Shown here: positions 43,795 to 55,427 of the stretch, one piece after another
Layout of the letters: every line of letters starts with the position of its first letter
Position numbering within the stretch: position 1 is the stretch's first letter
From: a bacterium
GTDB lineage: Bacteria; Bacteroidota; Bacteroidia; Bacteroidales; UBA3663
Assembly (NCBI GenBank): GCA_963624265.1
Contig: CAVFPF010000063.1
Coordinates: 17,059-81,058 of the forward strand
DNA length: 64,000 nucleotides
Direction of reading: 5' to 3'
Translations under genes and position numbers: made by a program
The notes under the pieces: generated by a model
The model's input: the letters and a program-made list of their open reading frames with translations, nothing else
The model's database searches: none
What the model was told of the DNA's origin: nothing

Positions 43795-44904
43795 TCAGAC
43801 ATTGAAGCGGAAATGCATGATATCTCCATCCTGCACTACATAGTCCTTACCCTCGACTGCCAGTTTGCCGGCATCGCGCACAGCCGCTTCCGACCCATAG
43901 GCGAGGTAGTCTTCATACTTGATAACCTCAGCCCGAATGAAACCTTTCTCAAAATCCCCGTGTATGATACCCGCACACTGCGGCGCCTTCATACCCCGGC
44001 GGAAAGTCCATGCCTTGACCTCCATCGGACCGGCCGTGATATAAGTTTGCAAGCCCAACAAACTGTAAGCCGAATGCACAAGCCGGTTCACACCGCTCTC
44101 TTCCAATCCCAACTCTTCGAGGAACACAGCACGCTCTTCGCTCGACTCGAGTTCTGCTATCTCGCTCTCGATTTTGGCTGAAATGACAAGCACCTCGGCA
44201 TTTTCGCCTCGTACGGCCTCGCGCACTTTATCAACGTAAGCATTACCAGAAGCTGCACTTGCCTCATCAACATTGCAAACATACAAGATGGGCTTGGAAG
44301 TGAGCAAAAACAATTCGCGGGCAGCATGGATCTCAGCAGGAGCCTCCAATTTAGAGGTCACCTCTCGTGCCGACTTGCCGGCCAACAAGGCTTCGCGTAT
44401 AGCAGTCATCAGTTCGTATTGCATCTTGGCATCACGGTCGTTGCCAACCTTAGCCACCTTCTCCACCTTAGACAGTCGGCTCTCAATGGTCTCGAGGTCC
44501 TTGAGCTGCAGTTCTGCATCGATGATTTCCTTATCACGTACCGGGTCCACACTCCCGTCAACATGCACGACATTACCGTCGTCAAAGCACCGCAATACAT
44601 GAATGATGGCATCCGTCTCACGGATATTGGCCAAAAAACGATTCCCGAGGCCCTCTCCCTTTGACGCGCCCTTCACCAGTCCTGCAATGTCTACGATTTC
44701 GACCGTAGCCGGCACAATGCGACCGGGATGGACCAGTTCGGCCAAGCGGTTGAGACGTTCGTCGGGCACGGTAATAACGCCCACATTGGGTTCGATAGTG
44801 CAAAATGGGAAATTAGCTGCCTGCGCCTTGGCGCTCGACAGACAGTTGAAAAGGGTGGACTTGCCAACATTGGGCAATCCGACAATACCACACTGGAGTG
44901 ACAT
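43795..44904 (-). CDS. ychF: Redox-regulated ATPase YchF
   Basis: GIVGLPNVGKSTLFN is the P-loop. The 369-aa length and the C-terminal TGS-like DGDIMHFRFNV fit YchF. Confidence 0.92.
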   Translation of the reverse strand: MSLQCGIVGLPNVGKSTLFNCLSSAKAQAANFPFCTIEPNVGVITVPDERLNRLAELVHPGRIVPATVEIVDIAGLVKGASKGEGLGNRFLANIRETDAIIHVLRCFDDGNVVHVDGSVDPVRDKEIIDAELQLKDLETIESRLSKVEKVAKVGNDRDAKMQYELMTAIREALLAGKSAREVTSKLEAPAEIHAARELFLLTSKPILYVCNVDEASAASGNAYVDKVREAVRGENAEVLVISAKIESEIAELESSEERAVFLEELGLEESGVNRLVHSAYSLLGLQTYITAGPMEVKAWTFRRGMKAPQCAGIIHGDFEKGFIRAEVIKYEDYLAYGSEAAVRDAGKLAVEGKDYVVQDGDIMHFRFNV

Positions 44905-45185
44905 CTGACAAAAAATCTTTGTAATATACGAGTTATATTCGTCGGTCCGGGACCTTTTGGCCTACCGGTCTGATGCTGCTTTCCACCTTTAGGAGACTTC
45001 TTCAAGACCCAACGCAGAAAGCAGTGCGAAGATACTCAATTTACGGCAAACCGCCAAGGAAACATGTAAATATGAGGAGTACAAGATAGAAAAAGACCGC
45101 TTTTTACAAAAAAAGTCACTTGCATGAAACAAGATAAAGCATTTTTCACCATATTTGCAGTCGTACAATATTCTATCCAAGTCCT

Positions 45186-46772
45186 ATGCAAAGGAAATAT
45201 GATTTTCTCGTCATTGGCAGCGGCATAGCCGGTATGAGCTTTGCCCTCAAGGTGGCACATGCCGGTCGTGTGGCACTAATCTGCAAAAGCGAACTGCAAG
45301 AGTCAAACACCGACCTAGCCCAAGGTGGCATTTCGAGCGTTACGAACCTCGAAGTCGACAACTTCGAGAAACATATCCACGACACAATGGTAGCCGGCGA
45401 CTGGCTGAGCGACCCAAAGGCTGTCGAACTGGTGGTAAAAAACGCTCCGGCACAAATAGACGAACTGGTCAAATGGGGTGTAGACTTCGACAAGACACGC
45501 ACCGGCACATACGATCTGCATCGCGAGGGCGGACACTCGGAGTTCCGCATTTTGCACCACGCCGACAACACGGGCCATGCCATACAGTCGGCCTTGATAC
45601 GCGCCGTCAAGGAACACCCGTCCATTGATGTCCTCGAACATCATTTTGCCATAGAAATACTGACGCAGCATCACCTCGGGCAAGAAGTAACACGCCGCAC
45701 CCCGGACATCGAGTGTTATGGAGCATATGTTCTTGACGAGGCCACTGGCGCTATTGATACATTCCTGGCCAAAGTCACGATGATGGCCACTGGCGGCATC
45801 GGACAAGTGTACCAGACAACCACCAACCCACCTATCGCCACCGGCGATGGTATCGCTATGGTATATCGTGCCAAGGGTATGGTGAAGGATATGGAGTTTG
45901 TGCAGTTCCATCCTACAGCCCTCTACCATCCCGGCGACCATCCGAATTTCCTGATTACCGAAGCTATGCGCGGCTATGGCGGCATCTTGAAAACGCTGGA
46001 CGGCAAGGAATTTATGCAAAAGTATGACCCTCGCTTGTCCCTCGCTCCGCGCGACATCACGGCACGCGCCATCTTCAGCGAGATGAAACAAAACAAGTGC
46101 GACCATGTCTTGCTCGACGTGACGCACAAGGATCCGGAAGAAACCAAACATCACTTCCCCAATATCTACCGCAAGTGTCTCAGCATCGGTATCGACATCA
46201 CAAAACAGCCCATCCCAGTTGTTCCTTGCCATCACTACTTGTGCGGCGGCATCAAAGTAGATTATAATGGCCAGTCAAGCATCAATCGTCTCTACGCCGC
46301 CGGTGAATGTTCGTGCACGGGCCTGCACGGAGGCAATCGTTTGGCCAGCAATTCGCTCATCGAAGCCGTCGTCTATGCAGACTTGGCTGCCAAGCATGCC
46401 ATCCCTCGCATCAGCCAACTGCACTACCGCACAGACATTCCGGCATGGATTGACACAGGCACAGTCCCTCACGAGGAGCTCTACCTCATCAGCGATTCGA
46501 AGACAGAAGTGCAGCAAATCATGCAGACTTACGTGGGTATCGTACGTTCCAATCTGCGTCTGAAGCGCGCATGGACTCGCCTCGACAACCTCTATGAGGA
46601 GACCGAGAAGCTCTTTCTGCGCAGTCGTGTGGATAAAGACATCTGCGAATTGCGCAATATGATCAACACCGGCTATCTCATTATGCGGCAGGCCATGGAC
46701 CGCAAGGAGTCTCGCGGTCTGCATTTCTCAATAGATTATCCTCCGGCAGATCGCGGCATTCAAGGATTCTGA
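45186..46772 (+). CDS. nadB: L-aspartate oxidase
   Basis: YDFLVIGSGIAGMSFAL is the FAD-binding motif. HPTAL and RLYAAGECSCTGLHGGNRLASNSLIE motifs are also present. Confidence 0.9.
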   Translation: MQRKYDFLVIGSGIAGMSFALKVAHAGRVALICKSELQESNTDLAQGGISSVTNLEVDNFEKHIHDTMVAGDWLSDPKAVELVVKNAPAQIDELVKWGVDFDKTRTGTYDLHREGGHSEFRILHHADNTGHAIQSALIRAVKEHPSIDVLEHHFAIEILTQHHLGQEVTRRTPDIECYGAYVLDEATGAIDTFLAKVTMMATGGIGQVYQTTTNPPIATGDGIAMVYRAKGMVKDMEFVQFHPTALYHPGDHPNFLITEAMRGYGGILKTLDGKEFMQKYDPRLSLAPRDITARAIFSEMKQNKCDHVLLDVTHKDPEETKHHFPNIYRKCLSIGIDITKQPIPVVPCHHYLCGGIKVDYNGQSSINRLYAAGECSCTGLHGGNRLASNSLIEAVVYADLAAKHAIPRISQLHYRTDIPAWIDTGTVPHEELYLISDSKTEVQQIMQTYVGIVRSNLRLKRAWTRLDNLYEETEKLFLRSRVDKDICELRNMINTGYLIMRQAMDRKESRGLHFSIDYPPADRGIQGF

Positions 46773-46831
46773 TGCTCGAGTGTGATTCAAATGTAAGTGA
46801 AGAGATAACAAAGTTTGAGCCAAGGAGCACC

Positions 46832-47980
46832 TCATTGCCAGGCAATCTCTCCGCTGCCTAAGCAGATTGTTCCGTCAGGTGTATAGATGCAGCAGAACTG
46901 TCCCGGAGCTACGCCGTCAGTCGGTTCGTCCATCTGCAAAAAGCAGCTCCCATCAGTCCGCGTGGAAAGCGTTCCTTTGCGCAAGTCTGCTACATGGCGA
47001 ATCTTAAACAACACCCGAACGGGCTTATCGCCAGACAGTAACGAAAACGGATTGAGCGTAATCCAATTCATATCGTGCATCAATAGGTTGTCTCGCTTCT
47101 GCGACTGCGGATTGTACCCTTTCGAGACATAGACAATATTCTGCTCGATATCCTTACGAACCACGAACCAGGGGCCTCCACTCAAGTAGAGGCCCTTTCT
47201 TTGTCCTATGGTATGGAACCAGAAGCCACGATGTGTACCCAACACCTTACCCGTCTCTACCTCAATAATAGGACCTTCTTTAACCCCTAAAAATCGTTCG
47301 ATAAAACTGTTATAGTCTATCTTACCCAAGAAACATATGCCCTGCGAGTCCTTGCGGTGTGCAGAAGGCAACTTGGCTCGTTCCGCAATGACACGCACTT
47401 CCCCTTTGGCCATATGTCCGACCGGAAACAACGAATGTTGTACTTGAAAACTCTGCAACTGGGCCAAAAAGTCGGTCTGGTCCTTCACAGGGTCGGGTGC
47501 CGTTCCCAAGAAGAGACTCTCATCCACAGGAGCAATAGCAAAAGGATCTTCAACAGCCATTGGTACAAAGCGCCACTCCTCGTCCAAATGTCCGATGCGA
47601 ATGGCCGCATAGTGTCCCGTAGCTGTCTTGTCATATTGATAGCCGACCTTCTTGTGAAAAGCCCCGAACTTAATCAACCGGTTACACATCACATCCGGAT
47701 TGGGCGTAAATCCATGTTTTACTTTATCGATGGTATAGGCTACGACCTCGTCCCAATATTCCTGCTGTAGGTCAAGAACTTCGTAACGCAGCCCATACTT
47801 ATGAGCCATGGCTTGGACAATCTCCAAATCTTCCTCCTGTGGACACGAATAACCCTGACTGGCATCGTCCATGCCAATCTTTATATACCACAAATCTGGT
47901 TTATACCCTTGTTCACATAGGAGATGGACAGCGACACACGAGTCAACGCCGCCCGACAGCAAGGCCGCAATATTCGTCAT
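46832..47980 (-). CDS. mnmA: tRNA 2-thiouridine(34) synthase
   Basis: [11 protein letters not shown] is the PP-loop. The start ATG at 47980 forms an ATGA overlap with the thiL stop codon. The track ORF extends to 48025. Confidence 0.9.
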   Translation of the reverse strand: MTNIAALLSGGVDSCVAVHLLCEQGYKPDLWYIKIGMDDASQGYSCPQEEDLEIVQAMAHKYGLRYEVLDLQQEYWDEVVAYTIDKVKHGFTPNPDVMCNRLIKFGAFHKKVGYQYDKTATGHYAAIRIGHLDEEWRFVPMAVEDPFAIAPVDESLFLGTAPDPVKDQTDFLAQLQSFQVQHSLFPVGHMAKGEVRVIAERAKLPSAHRKDSQGICFLGKIDYNSFIERFLGVKEGPIIEVETGKVLGTHRGFWFHTIGQRKGLYLSGGPWFVVRKDIEQNIVYVSKGYNPQSQKRDNLLMHDMNWITLNPFSLLSGDKPVRVLFKIRHVADLRKGTLSTRTDGSCFLQMDEPTDGVAPGQFCCIYTPDGTICLGSGEIAWQ

Positions 47981-49068
47981 ACGCCACTGGTTGTGGATTG
48001 TGAGTCGGCAGGAAATGCATTCCAACCTTGGGCCTTAAGCGCAACTTCACTGTTTCCGTCACGGGTTATCATCGCGGCACCGAGACGTTCGTCAGTGATA
48101 TGTCCGATGAGGCGGATACCAGAGAGTTGTTGTATCTGCTCACTCTGAGCCAAAGGAACAGTAAACAACAGTTCGTAGTCCTCTCCGCCATTCATGGCAC
48201 AAGTTGTCACATTGAGGCTAAACTCCTCGGCCTGTATGGCGGTCTGATAGTCGATAGGAATCCGTTCCTCATATACGCGGCAGCCCACCTTACTCTGCTT
48301 GCAGATATGCAATAGCTCGCTTGAAAGACCATCGGAGACATCTATCATAGAGGTGGGTTGAATACCGGCTTCTCGCAGCATCTTGACAACATCACGCCGT
48401 GCTTCAGGCTTGAGCTGCCGCTCAAGCAGATACTCTTTGCCTTCAAACTTGGGTTGGAACTGAGGCATTGTCTCCTTCGTGCCACTACGCTTCCAATCGT
48501 CATATTGACTATAGTAGACAGCCTTCTCCCTTTCCAAAAGCTGTAGTCCCATATAAGCAGCGCCCAAATCGCCGGACACACATATCAGGTCATTGACTTT
48601 AGCTCCATTACGATAGACTGGATGAGGGGCTACGCCAATAGCAGTGATGGAAATGGTCAAACCTGTCATCGAAGTGGAAGTATCGCCGCCCACAAGGTCC
48701 ACGCCATAAGTATCACAGGCTAGTTTCATGCCGGCATAGAGTTGTTCCAAGTCCTCAACTTTGAAGCGCTTGCCCACGCCTATCGAAACAGTAATCTGAC
48801 GCGGAGTGCCCATCATGGCATACACATCGCTAAAGTTGACTATACAAGCTTTGTAGCCCAAGTGCGAAAGCGGACAATAGGTCAAATCGAAATGGACACC
48901 CTCCAACAGGAGGTCGGTGGTCACAACCGTCTTGCCTTCGTCGGGAAGGTTGTCAATGACGGCACAATCGTCGCCCACACCGTAGAGCGACGATTTGTTT
49001 TTGAGCGAAATGCTCTCGGTGAGGTGGCGAATCAACCCGAACTCACCGTATTCTTTGATTTCTGCCAT
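47977..49068 (-). CDS. thiL: Thiamine-monophosphate kinase
   Basis: [10 protein letters not shown]...GVGDDCAVI and the AIR-synthase-like GGDT and GGEDYELLF motifs are present. Confidence 0.85.
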   Translation of the reverse strand: MAEIKEYGEFGLIRHLTESISLKNKSSLYGVGDDCAVIDNLPDEGKTVVTTDLLLEGVHFDLTYCPLSHLGYKACIVNFSDVYAMMGTPRQITVSIGVGKRFKVEDLEQLYAGMKLACDTYGVDLVGGDTSTSMTGLTISITAIGVAPHPVYRNGAKVNDLICVSGDLGAAYMGLQLLEREKAVYYSQYDDWKRSGTKETMPQFQPKFEGKEYLLERQLKPEARRDVVKMLREAGIQPTSMIDVSDGLSSELLHICKQSKVGCRVYEERIPIDYQTAIQAEEFSLNVTTCAMNGGEDYELLFTVPLAQSEQIQQLSGIRLIGHITDERLGAAMITRDGNSEVALKAQGWNAFPADSQSTTSGV

Positions 49069-49158
49069 ATATCACATTCAGACAGGACCATCCGTCCTGT
49101 CAAATATATTGTCTTGTCAGTATATTAAAGTTATTGTCGCAAGAAGCATATTCAGACA

Positions 49159-50043
49159 TCACTGACGGCTCCGACGTATCATCTCAGTCATAATCTCTGT
49201 CATCAGAGGTTGTGCCGCATTGGCGGCCTTCTGTACCTCTTCGTGCGACACTTTCTCGGGAACTCCGAATCCACCCAGGTCTGTAATGACCGAGATGCCG
49301 AACACACGCATACCCGCATGACGGGCAACAATTACCTCAGGTACCGTTGACATACCAACGGCATCTGCCCCTAATGTGCGAAAACAGCGATATTCTGCGC
49401 GCGTCTCGAATGTAGGACCTTGCGTACCGAGATAGACACCTTTCTGCAGATGTATGCCTTTCTCTTTGGCTATCGACTCAGCCTGACGAATGAGTCCGAA
49501 GTCATAAGGCTCTGACATGTCTGGGAAACGGTCTCCTAGTTCGGGATAGTTCTTGCCGCGCAAGGGATGTTCGGGAAAGAAATTAATATGGTCTTCGATA
49601 ATCATAAGGTCTCCTACCCTAAACGACGGATTGGTACCGCCTGCCGCATTGCTGACGAACAACGTGTCGATGCCACAGGCCTTCATTACACGAACGGGGA
49701 AAGTGACCTGCTGCATAGAGTAACCCTCGTAAAAGTGGAAACGGCCTTGCATGGCCATAATCTCGACACCTCCCAGCAAGCCGAAGATGAGTCGTCCTGA
49801 ATGACCCTCAACGGTCGAAACCGGCATATTTGGAATCTCTTCATATGGAATTGCCTCAACCTCTTCTATTTGTCCGGCCAACTGACCGAGACCCGTTCCC
49901 AACACGATGGCTGTCCGTGGCCGTCGGGCAGTACGGCTCATTATATATGCGGAGGTCTGTGCTATCTTCTGCAGCATCGACTCGGAAGCCATTGCAGAAG
50001 GCTGCTGCATAATGCCTTGTTTATCTACGCTCTTTATTGACAT
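49159..50043 (-). CDS. Purine nucleoside phosphorylase (inosine/guanosine type)
   Basis: GTGLGQLA, STVEGHSGRLIFG, RFHFYEGY, SNAAGG and GMSTVPEV motifs are present. An alternative start Met is at 50010. Confidence 0.88.
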   Translation of the reverse strand: MSIKSVDKQGIMQQPSAMASESMLQKIAQTSAYIMSRTARRPRTAIVLGTGLGQLAGQIEEVEAIPYEEIPNMPVSTVEGHSGRLIFGLLGGVEIMAMQGRFHFYEGYSMQQVTFPVRVMKACGIDTLFVSNAAGGTNPSFRVGDLMIIEDHINFFPEHPLRGKNYPELGDRFPDMSEPYDFGLIRQAESIAKEKGIHLQKGVYLGTQGPTFETRAEYRCFRTLGADAVGMSTVPEVIVARHAGMRVFGISVITDLGGFGVPEKVSHEEVQKAANAAQPLMTEIMTEMIRRSRQ

Positions 50044-51160
50044 ATTCTATGATTTTTGCATCAAATGGTTTGTTGTATTTCTTTAGGAAGAACACCTCTG
50101 TCGGAAGGAAATAAATCCTTCGTTTCAAGTCTGTCGAAATGCTCTTGTGGTCATGGAGACGCACGGCGTCCTTTTCTGTAGTGATTATGATGGGTTCAAC
50201 ACCTTTGGCCCGTGTGAGACATCCCCCTTCGCTGATACGATTCAGACGGGATTCCATCTGGCGGATATCTGAGGTTGAGAAACTGTGATGATCTCCAAAA
50301 TGCAGATGGTCGACGAAACGGAAGTGTTTCTCCACATAGACAAGAACCATTGTCGGATCTGCAATACCGGTGACGACAAGCACCTCGCTGCACGGATTGA
50401 CATCTGTCGGTTCTCCTGTCTCCAGATTGACCAACTGACCATAGCGATAGCCGCTATAGTAGATTGGCTGCAACATCGTCGTTGGCAGATGGCCTGCAAT
50501 CTCGTTTACCTCCTCGTCGCGCAACGCATCCGGGCATTTCGATACAATCACCATATCCGCACGCTGCAACCCTATCGGAGCCTCCCTCAAGAAACCCGCC
50601 GGTATCACCTTGTCCGCATAAAGGATGCGGTGGTAACTCGTCAAGCAGATGTTCAAACCTGGCTTGACATACCGGTGTTGAAAACAGTCATCAAGTAAAA
50701 TGACCTTCGGTGGATTCTCTTCCGAAAGCAGTTTTTTGATACCCCGCACACGCTTCTCGTCAACAGCCACAGTGATGCCGGGGAATTTAAGGAAAAGCTG
50801 ATAGCTCTCATCACCCAAACGACGAACTGTAGTTCCTGGTCCTGCCTTTTGGAAACCATGCGATTGCCGTCCATAGCCTCTGCTAAGCACCGCTATAGGG
50901 CCTATATTCTCCCGCTGTAGCAGACGAACCAGATACTCGATGTGCGGTGTCTTTCCGGCTCCTCCTGCCACTAGATTACCTACGCCGATAACGGCCACTC
51001 GGTCTTCGAACGATGTGACAGACAACTTGCCTGTATCGAAGGCCCAATTGCGCAATGCCATTATGCCTCTGTATATCCAGGACAGAGGCAGTAGCAGCGG
51101 CATAGTATGGACTTTAGGTAGAACCATGTGATGTTTGTTGTTGGTGTGATGGATTAGCAT
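50021..51160 (-). CDS. lpxK: Tetraacyldisaccharide 4'-kinase
   Basis: VIGVGNLVAGGAGKTPHIEYL is the P-loop, and LSRGYGR is also present. The start is uncertain: Met codons occur at 51160, 51127 and 51103. The track start at 51292 would overlap sppA. Confidence 0.85.
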   Translation of the reverse strand: MLIHHTNNKHHMVLPKVHTMPLLLPLSWIYRGIMALRNWAFDTGKLSVTSFEDRVAVIGVGNLVAGGAGKTPHIEYLVRLLQRENIGPIAVLSRGYGRQSHGFQKAGPGTTVRRLGDESYQLFLKFPGITVAVDEKRVRGIKKLLSEENPPKVILLDDCFQHRYVKPGLNICLTSYHRILYADKVIPAGFLREAPIGLQRADMVIVSKCPDALRDEEVNEIAGHLPTTMLQPIYYSGYRYGQLVNLETGEPTDVNPCSEVLVVTGIADPTMVLVYVEKHFRFVDHLHFGDHHSFSTSDIRQMESRLNRISEGGCLTRAKGVEPIIITTEKDAVRLHDHKSISTDLKRRIYFLPTEVFFLKKYNKPFDAKIIEYVNKERR

Positions 51161-51212
51161 GAAAGGTCTCCGATAGCGGACGGGCTCAAAGAGTCCGTCC
51201 GGAAGAAAGCAT

Positions 51213-53006
51213 TTAGAACACGACCGACGTAAACGAACGGGCTTGGATGCGGTCCATATCCTGCAGATGCTCCAGGAACTGGAGTGTGGCACGGTCCGCT
51301 GACAGTATGCCCGTCACCTTGTCTGCGATGCGCAGTGTAAGGTCTGACGATGTCATATCCAACAGTTCCAAGAGTTGCTCCAACTCCGTCTTGGGTGTCG
51401 GGTAGCAGACACGAGAATAACTGTCCGCTTCAAGTCCCGCCAACTCGGCAGCCTTGGTTACTGCCTCATCAAGACCGCCCAGCGTATCAACCAGGCCCAG
51501 GCGGAGTGCGTCCGAACCGGTCCACACTCGACCTCCGGCTATCTTGCAGATATCAGATTGCGTCTTGTCCCGACCCTCAGCGCAACGGCTCGTGAAAAGG
51601 TCATAGAACGATTCTATTCCCTGCTGTATCTTGGCCTGTTCTGCCGGAGTAACTTTGCGCATCGTAGACAACATACCGTAACGATGAGTCTTCACCTCCT
51701 CGAAGTTGATGCCCAAACGTCCTGTGGCCAGTTTCCCGAAGTTCGGGATGACACCGAACACACCAATGGAGCCCGTCAATGTATTGGGTTCGGCTACGAT
51801 GTAATCGGCACCGCAACTGATGTAATAGCCACCCGATGCGGCATAGTCGCCCATCGAAACGACAAGGGGTTTCTTAGCCTTAAGGTCGGCTAAAGCCTTC
51901 CAAATCTGCTCGGATGCAAAACCAGAGCCACCGGGTGAATTAACACGGAGTACAACAGCTTTCACGTCGTCATCCTCTGCCAATTCGCGTATTTCCTCAA
52001 TCATATCGGCATAGAAGATGCCTTCGCTACCCTCAGACTCGGCCTCGGATGCAATTTCGCCCACTGCATAGAGAATCGCCACTTGATTCGGCAAATACTG
52101 CGGATAGGCGATATCAAGGCCGCTCTCGACGAGGTCTTCAGCCAAGATTCCTTGCAACTCCGGAGTATTGGTCCAACGCAGGAGCAGTTGTTCTACGTCA
52201 CTCTTATAAACCATGCCATCGACAAGTCCCGTTTTTACCAGTTCCTCGGGCATCATATAGCTGACCGCTTGATTGGCAAGCGAGTCAAGACAGGCAATGG
52301 TCGTTCCGCGGCTTTGTGCAATGTCAGTAGCCATCCGGTTCCAGATATTGCCAAGATAGGTCTCTATCTGCAAGCGGTTGGCCTCGCTCATATGCTCTAT
52401 GAGATAGGGTTCGACTGCGCTCTTGAACTCTCCCACCCTAAAGACCTGCATCTCGACATTCAGTTTGTCGAGCAGAGCTTTCGGATAAACCAATATAGTA
52501 GTCAAGCCGTCAAAGGAGACACTCCCTATAGTATTGACAAAGACGCTATCAGCCACCGAGGATACATAATACTGACCGAGAGAATAATTGTCGTTGTAGG
52601 CGACAATCCACTTGCCCGATGATGCGCGAAAGTCGGCTAACGCATCATGGATAGCTTCATAGGTAGCAGGATTGGCTTGCATACCATCCGTATTGAGATA
52701 GATGCCCACGATATTTGGGTCGTTCTTGGCCACAGTGATGGCATTCAAGCATCCGCGGAGCGACATATTCGTATCCATTGAGAATCCGCTCATTGCGTCA
52801 AACGAAAATGGCATTGTCGGAGGAACCTCTGCGATAAGGCCATTGAGTTTAAGCAGCATTATATCACCAGGCTTACTGACTTGAACCTCTTTCTGTGTGG
52901 ACGACAACGATGCCACCATCGTACACGTAAAGAACATCATACTCAAGATGCCCATAATGAAAAGTCCGACAACGACGGCGAGCACTGTCTTTAGAAACGA
53001 TTTCAT
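51213..53006 (-). CDS. sppA: Signal peptide peptidase SppA, 67K type
   Basis: The 597-aa ORF has an N-terminal TM helix and two ClpP-like halves. GDYAASGGYYISCGAD contains the catalytic Ser region. Confidence 0.88.
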   Translation of the reverse strand: MKSFLKTVLAVVVGLFIMGILSMMFFTCTMVASLSSTQKEVQVSKPGDIMLLKLNGLIAEVPPTMPFSFDAMSGFSMDTNMSLRGCLNAITVAKNDPNIVGIYLNTDGMQANPATYEAIHDALADFRASSGKWIVAYNDNYSLGQYYVSSVADSVFVNTIGSVSFDGLTTILVYPKALLDKLNVEMQVFRVGEFKSAVEPYLIEHMSEANRLQIETYLGNIWNRMATDIAQSRGTTIACLDSLANQAVSYMMPEELVKTGLVDGMVYKSDVEQLLLRWTNTPELQGILAEDLVESGLDIAYPQYLPNQVAILYAVGEIASEAESEGSEGIFYADMIEEIRELAEDDDVKAVVLRVNSPGGSGFASEQIWKALADLKAKKPLVVSMGDYAASGGYYISCGADYIVAEPNTLTGSIGVFGVIPNFGKLATGRLGINFEEVKTHRYGMLSTMRKVTPAEQAKIQQGIESFYDLFTSRCAEGRDKTQSDICKIAGGRVWTGSDALRLGLVDTLGGLDEAVTKAAELAGLEADSYSRVCYPTPKTELEQLLELLDMTSSDLTLRIADKVTGILSADRATLQFLEHLQDMDRIQARSFTSVVF

Positions 53007-53082
53007 AACATTTGCAAATTTGTTGTTTATAGTCTTATCTTTTGTTTTGCCACACTATATTATATGTCACTATTTGTCCAAG

Positions 53083-53550
53083 TCAGCCAAGAGGGCGCTG
53101 CTTGTTGCTCGAGACGAGTCTCGTCTGACATTCTTGCAATGGCCCAATCACAAAGTCCCGTTCACGAATCAAAGGGTGTGGCAACTGCAGTCTCTCGATT
53201 TGTACCCGTATGCCTTCCGGCTGTTCCGGCGTAACATCAAACCACAATATATCGATGTCGATAATCCGGTCTTTGTAGCTTTCGCCCGAGAGGCGCTTCT
53301 CTGTTCGGCCCATCTGTCGCTCGATGCCTTGCGTACATTCCAGCAGTTCAATAGGCCCTAATGTTGTCTCAATGGCACAAACGGCATTGGTAAACCGGTG
53401 TTCGCTAATAAAGCCCCAAGGTTCACTCTCCCTATAGGTCGAGACAACTTGGACAGTTCCGGCCTCTTTGTTCAAAAGGGCCAAGGCACAATCCAAATTG
53501 GATTTTCCGTCGCCTAGGTTACTACCGAGACCTAGATATACCAGCGCCAT
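53083..53550 (-). CDS. folK: 2-amino-4-hydroxy-6-hydroxymethyldihydropteridine diphosphokinase
   Basis: YLGLGSNLGD, IDIDILWF and LPHPLIRERDFVIGPL are HPPK hallmarks. Confidence 0.88.
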   Translation of the reverse strand: MALVYLGLGSNLGDGKSNLDCALALLNKEAGTVQVVSTYRESEPWGFISEHRFTNAVCAIETTLGPIELLECTQGIERQMGRTEKRLSGESYKDRIIDIDILWFDVTPEQPEGIRVQIERLQLPHPLIRERDFVIGPLQECQTRLVSSNKQRPLG

Positions 53551-53556
53551 AGTGCA

Positions 53557-54642
53557 TCAGTCTGGCAGAATCAGCATGGCATCGCCATAACAGCCGAACT
53601 TGTAGTCCAACTTCATGGCCTGTTTATAAGCCTCCATAACTAATTCGTAGCCGCCAAAGGCACAAGTCATCATCAGCAGCGAACTGAACGGCTCATAGAA
53701 GTTGGCCACCATACAGTCTGCTATCGAAAACTCATAGGGAGGGAAGATAAACCTGTTCGTCCACCCCTCAAAGGCCTTGAGTGTGCCCGTTGTCGAAACA
53801 CTACTCTCAATGGCCCGCATCACAGAAGTATCGACAGCACACACATGATGTCCGATACTCTTCACGCGATTCACCTGATCGGCCACTTCCTGTGTGATGA
53901 AGACCTGCTCACTGTCCATCTTGTGCTTCGAAAGGTCCTCCACATCAATATTGCGGTAGTTCCCGTGATTGCTATGGACGGTGACGAACGAAAAGTCAAT
54001 GCCCTTGATTTCCATCCGTTTCAGTAGTTCGCGGCTGAAGTGAAGAGCTGCAGCTGGCGCAACAACCCCGCCTTCGTTTTTGGCGAAGATGGTTTGATAC
54101 CGTTCGCGGTCCGTAAACGGATCGTCACCGACCGGAGAGTCTACCACATCACGCAATTCTTTGAGTTGAGGTGGAATCGGGGTCTCGCCAAAGCCATAAA
54201 GGGTCTCTATAAACTCCTCGTGCGTACCATCGTACAGGAAACGGAGCGTACGGCCGCGGGAAGTCGTATTGTCTATTACCTCGGCTACAAGACTCTCGTC
54301 CTCGCCGAAATACAGTTTGTTGCCAATGCGAATTTTGCGCGCCGGGTCGACCAACACATCCCATAGGCGGATAGCCGGATTGAGTTCGCGGAGCAAAAAA
54401 ACCTCGATACGGGCTCCGGTCTTCTCTTTGTTGCCGTACAGACGTGCAGGAAAAATCTTGGTGTCATTGAACAACACCAAATCCTTCTCGTCGAAGTATT
54501 CGATAAAATCCTTGAACACCCTGTGTTCGATTTTCTTGCTCTTCTTGTGCAGCACCATCATTTTGCACTCGTCTCTATGGTAGGACGGTCGCAAGGCGAT
54601 GTGCTCGTCTGTCAGCTTGAACTTGAACTGTGAAAGTTTCAT
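53557..54642 (-). CDS. queA: S-adenosylmethionine:tRNA ribosyltransferase-isomerase
   Basis: [19 protein letters not shown], a typical QueA N-terminus, and a VHSNHGNY-region match at the expected length support the call. Confidence 0.9.
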   Translation of the reverse strand: MKLSQFKFKLTDEHIALRPSYHRDECKMMVLHKKSKKIEHRVFKDFIEYFDEKDLVLFNDTKIFPARLYGNKEKTGARIEVFLLRELNPAIRLWDVLVDPARKIRIGNKLYFGEDESLVAEVIDNTTSRGRTLRFLYDGTHEEFIETLYGFGETPIPPQLKELRDVVDSPVGDDPFTDRERYQTIFAKNEGGVVAPAAALHFSRELLKRMEIKGIDFSFVTVHSNHGNYRNIDVEDLSKHKMDSEQVFITQEVADQVNRVKSIGHHVCAVDTSVMRAIESSVSTTGTLKAFEGWTNRFIFPPYEFSIADCMVANFYEPFSSLLMMTCAFGGYELVMEAYKQAMKLDYKFGCYGDAMLILPD

Positions 54643-54671
54643 TTCTCTATTTTATCTTTTTCGCTTGTCGT

Positions 54672-55412
54672 TTATTTGGTGACAATAGGCACCTCCTTGG
54701 CCCATCTCTCGATATCAGCGACATCTACATGGCAATCGTCCAGACTGTAATCGCCGATACGTGTACGCCGCAGCGCTGTAAGGAAGGCTCCGCTTCCCAA
54801 AGCCTGTCCGATATCGCGGGCCAATGCGCGGATATAAGTTCCTTTCGAACACACCACGCGAATGGTGAGTTCCGGGTTTCGGTCGGTCTGCAACGCCTCT
54901 TGCGGGCAGACAAACGAGAGAAGTTCTATCTCGTCTATGACCAATTCCTTGGCCTTCAGTTCGACGGCCTCGCCGCTGCGGGCATAGTCGAAAGCTCTGC
55001 GTCCGGCCACTTTGCAGGCGCTGTAGGCAGGAGGAACTTGCATAATAGAGCCTACAAAGCGGGGCAACGTCTCTTCGACCAACTGGCGGGTAATATGCAT
55101 CACCGGACAAGTGTCATCCACCGAATGTTCGGCATCGAACGAAGGGGTCGTACACCCCAACTGCATGGTAGCGATATATTCTTTTGTACCCGTCTGCAGA
55201 CGGCTGATGTCTTTGGTGGCACGACCCGTGCATATAATCATCACCCCAGAGGCCAACGGGTCGAGTGTCCCGGCATGGCCGACCCTCAGCCGTTTGATGC
55301 CCATTCGGCGGGAGAGGGTATTGCGCACTTGTTTGACCAAATTGAAGGAAGTCCAGTGCAGCGGTTTGTCAAAGACCAAAACCTCTCCGGCTTCAAAGTC
55401 GTACTCCCTCAT
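54672..55412 (-). CDS. truB: tRNA pseudouridine(55) synthase
   Basis: GHAGTLDPLASGV contains the catalytic Asp motif. Confidence 0.9.
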   Translation of the reverse strand: MREYDFEAGEVLVFDKPLHWTSFNLVKQVRNTLSRRMGIKRLRVGHAGTLDPLASGVMIICTGRATKDISRLQTGTKEYIATMQLGCTTPSFDAEHSVDDTCPVMHITRQLVEETLPRFVGSIMQVPPAYSACKVAGRRAFDYARSGEAVELKAKELVIDEIELLSFVCPQEALQTDRNPELTIRVVCSKGTYIRALARDIGQALGSGAFLTALRRTRIGDYSLDDCHVDVADIERWAKEVPIVTK

Positions 55413-55427
55413 CCGTATGTACTGTCG

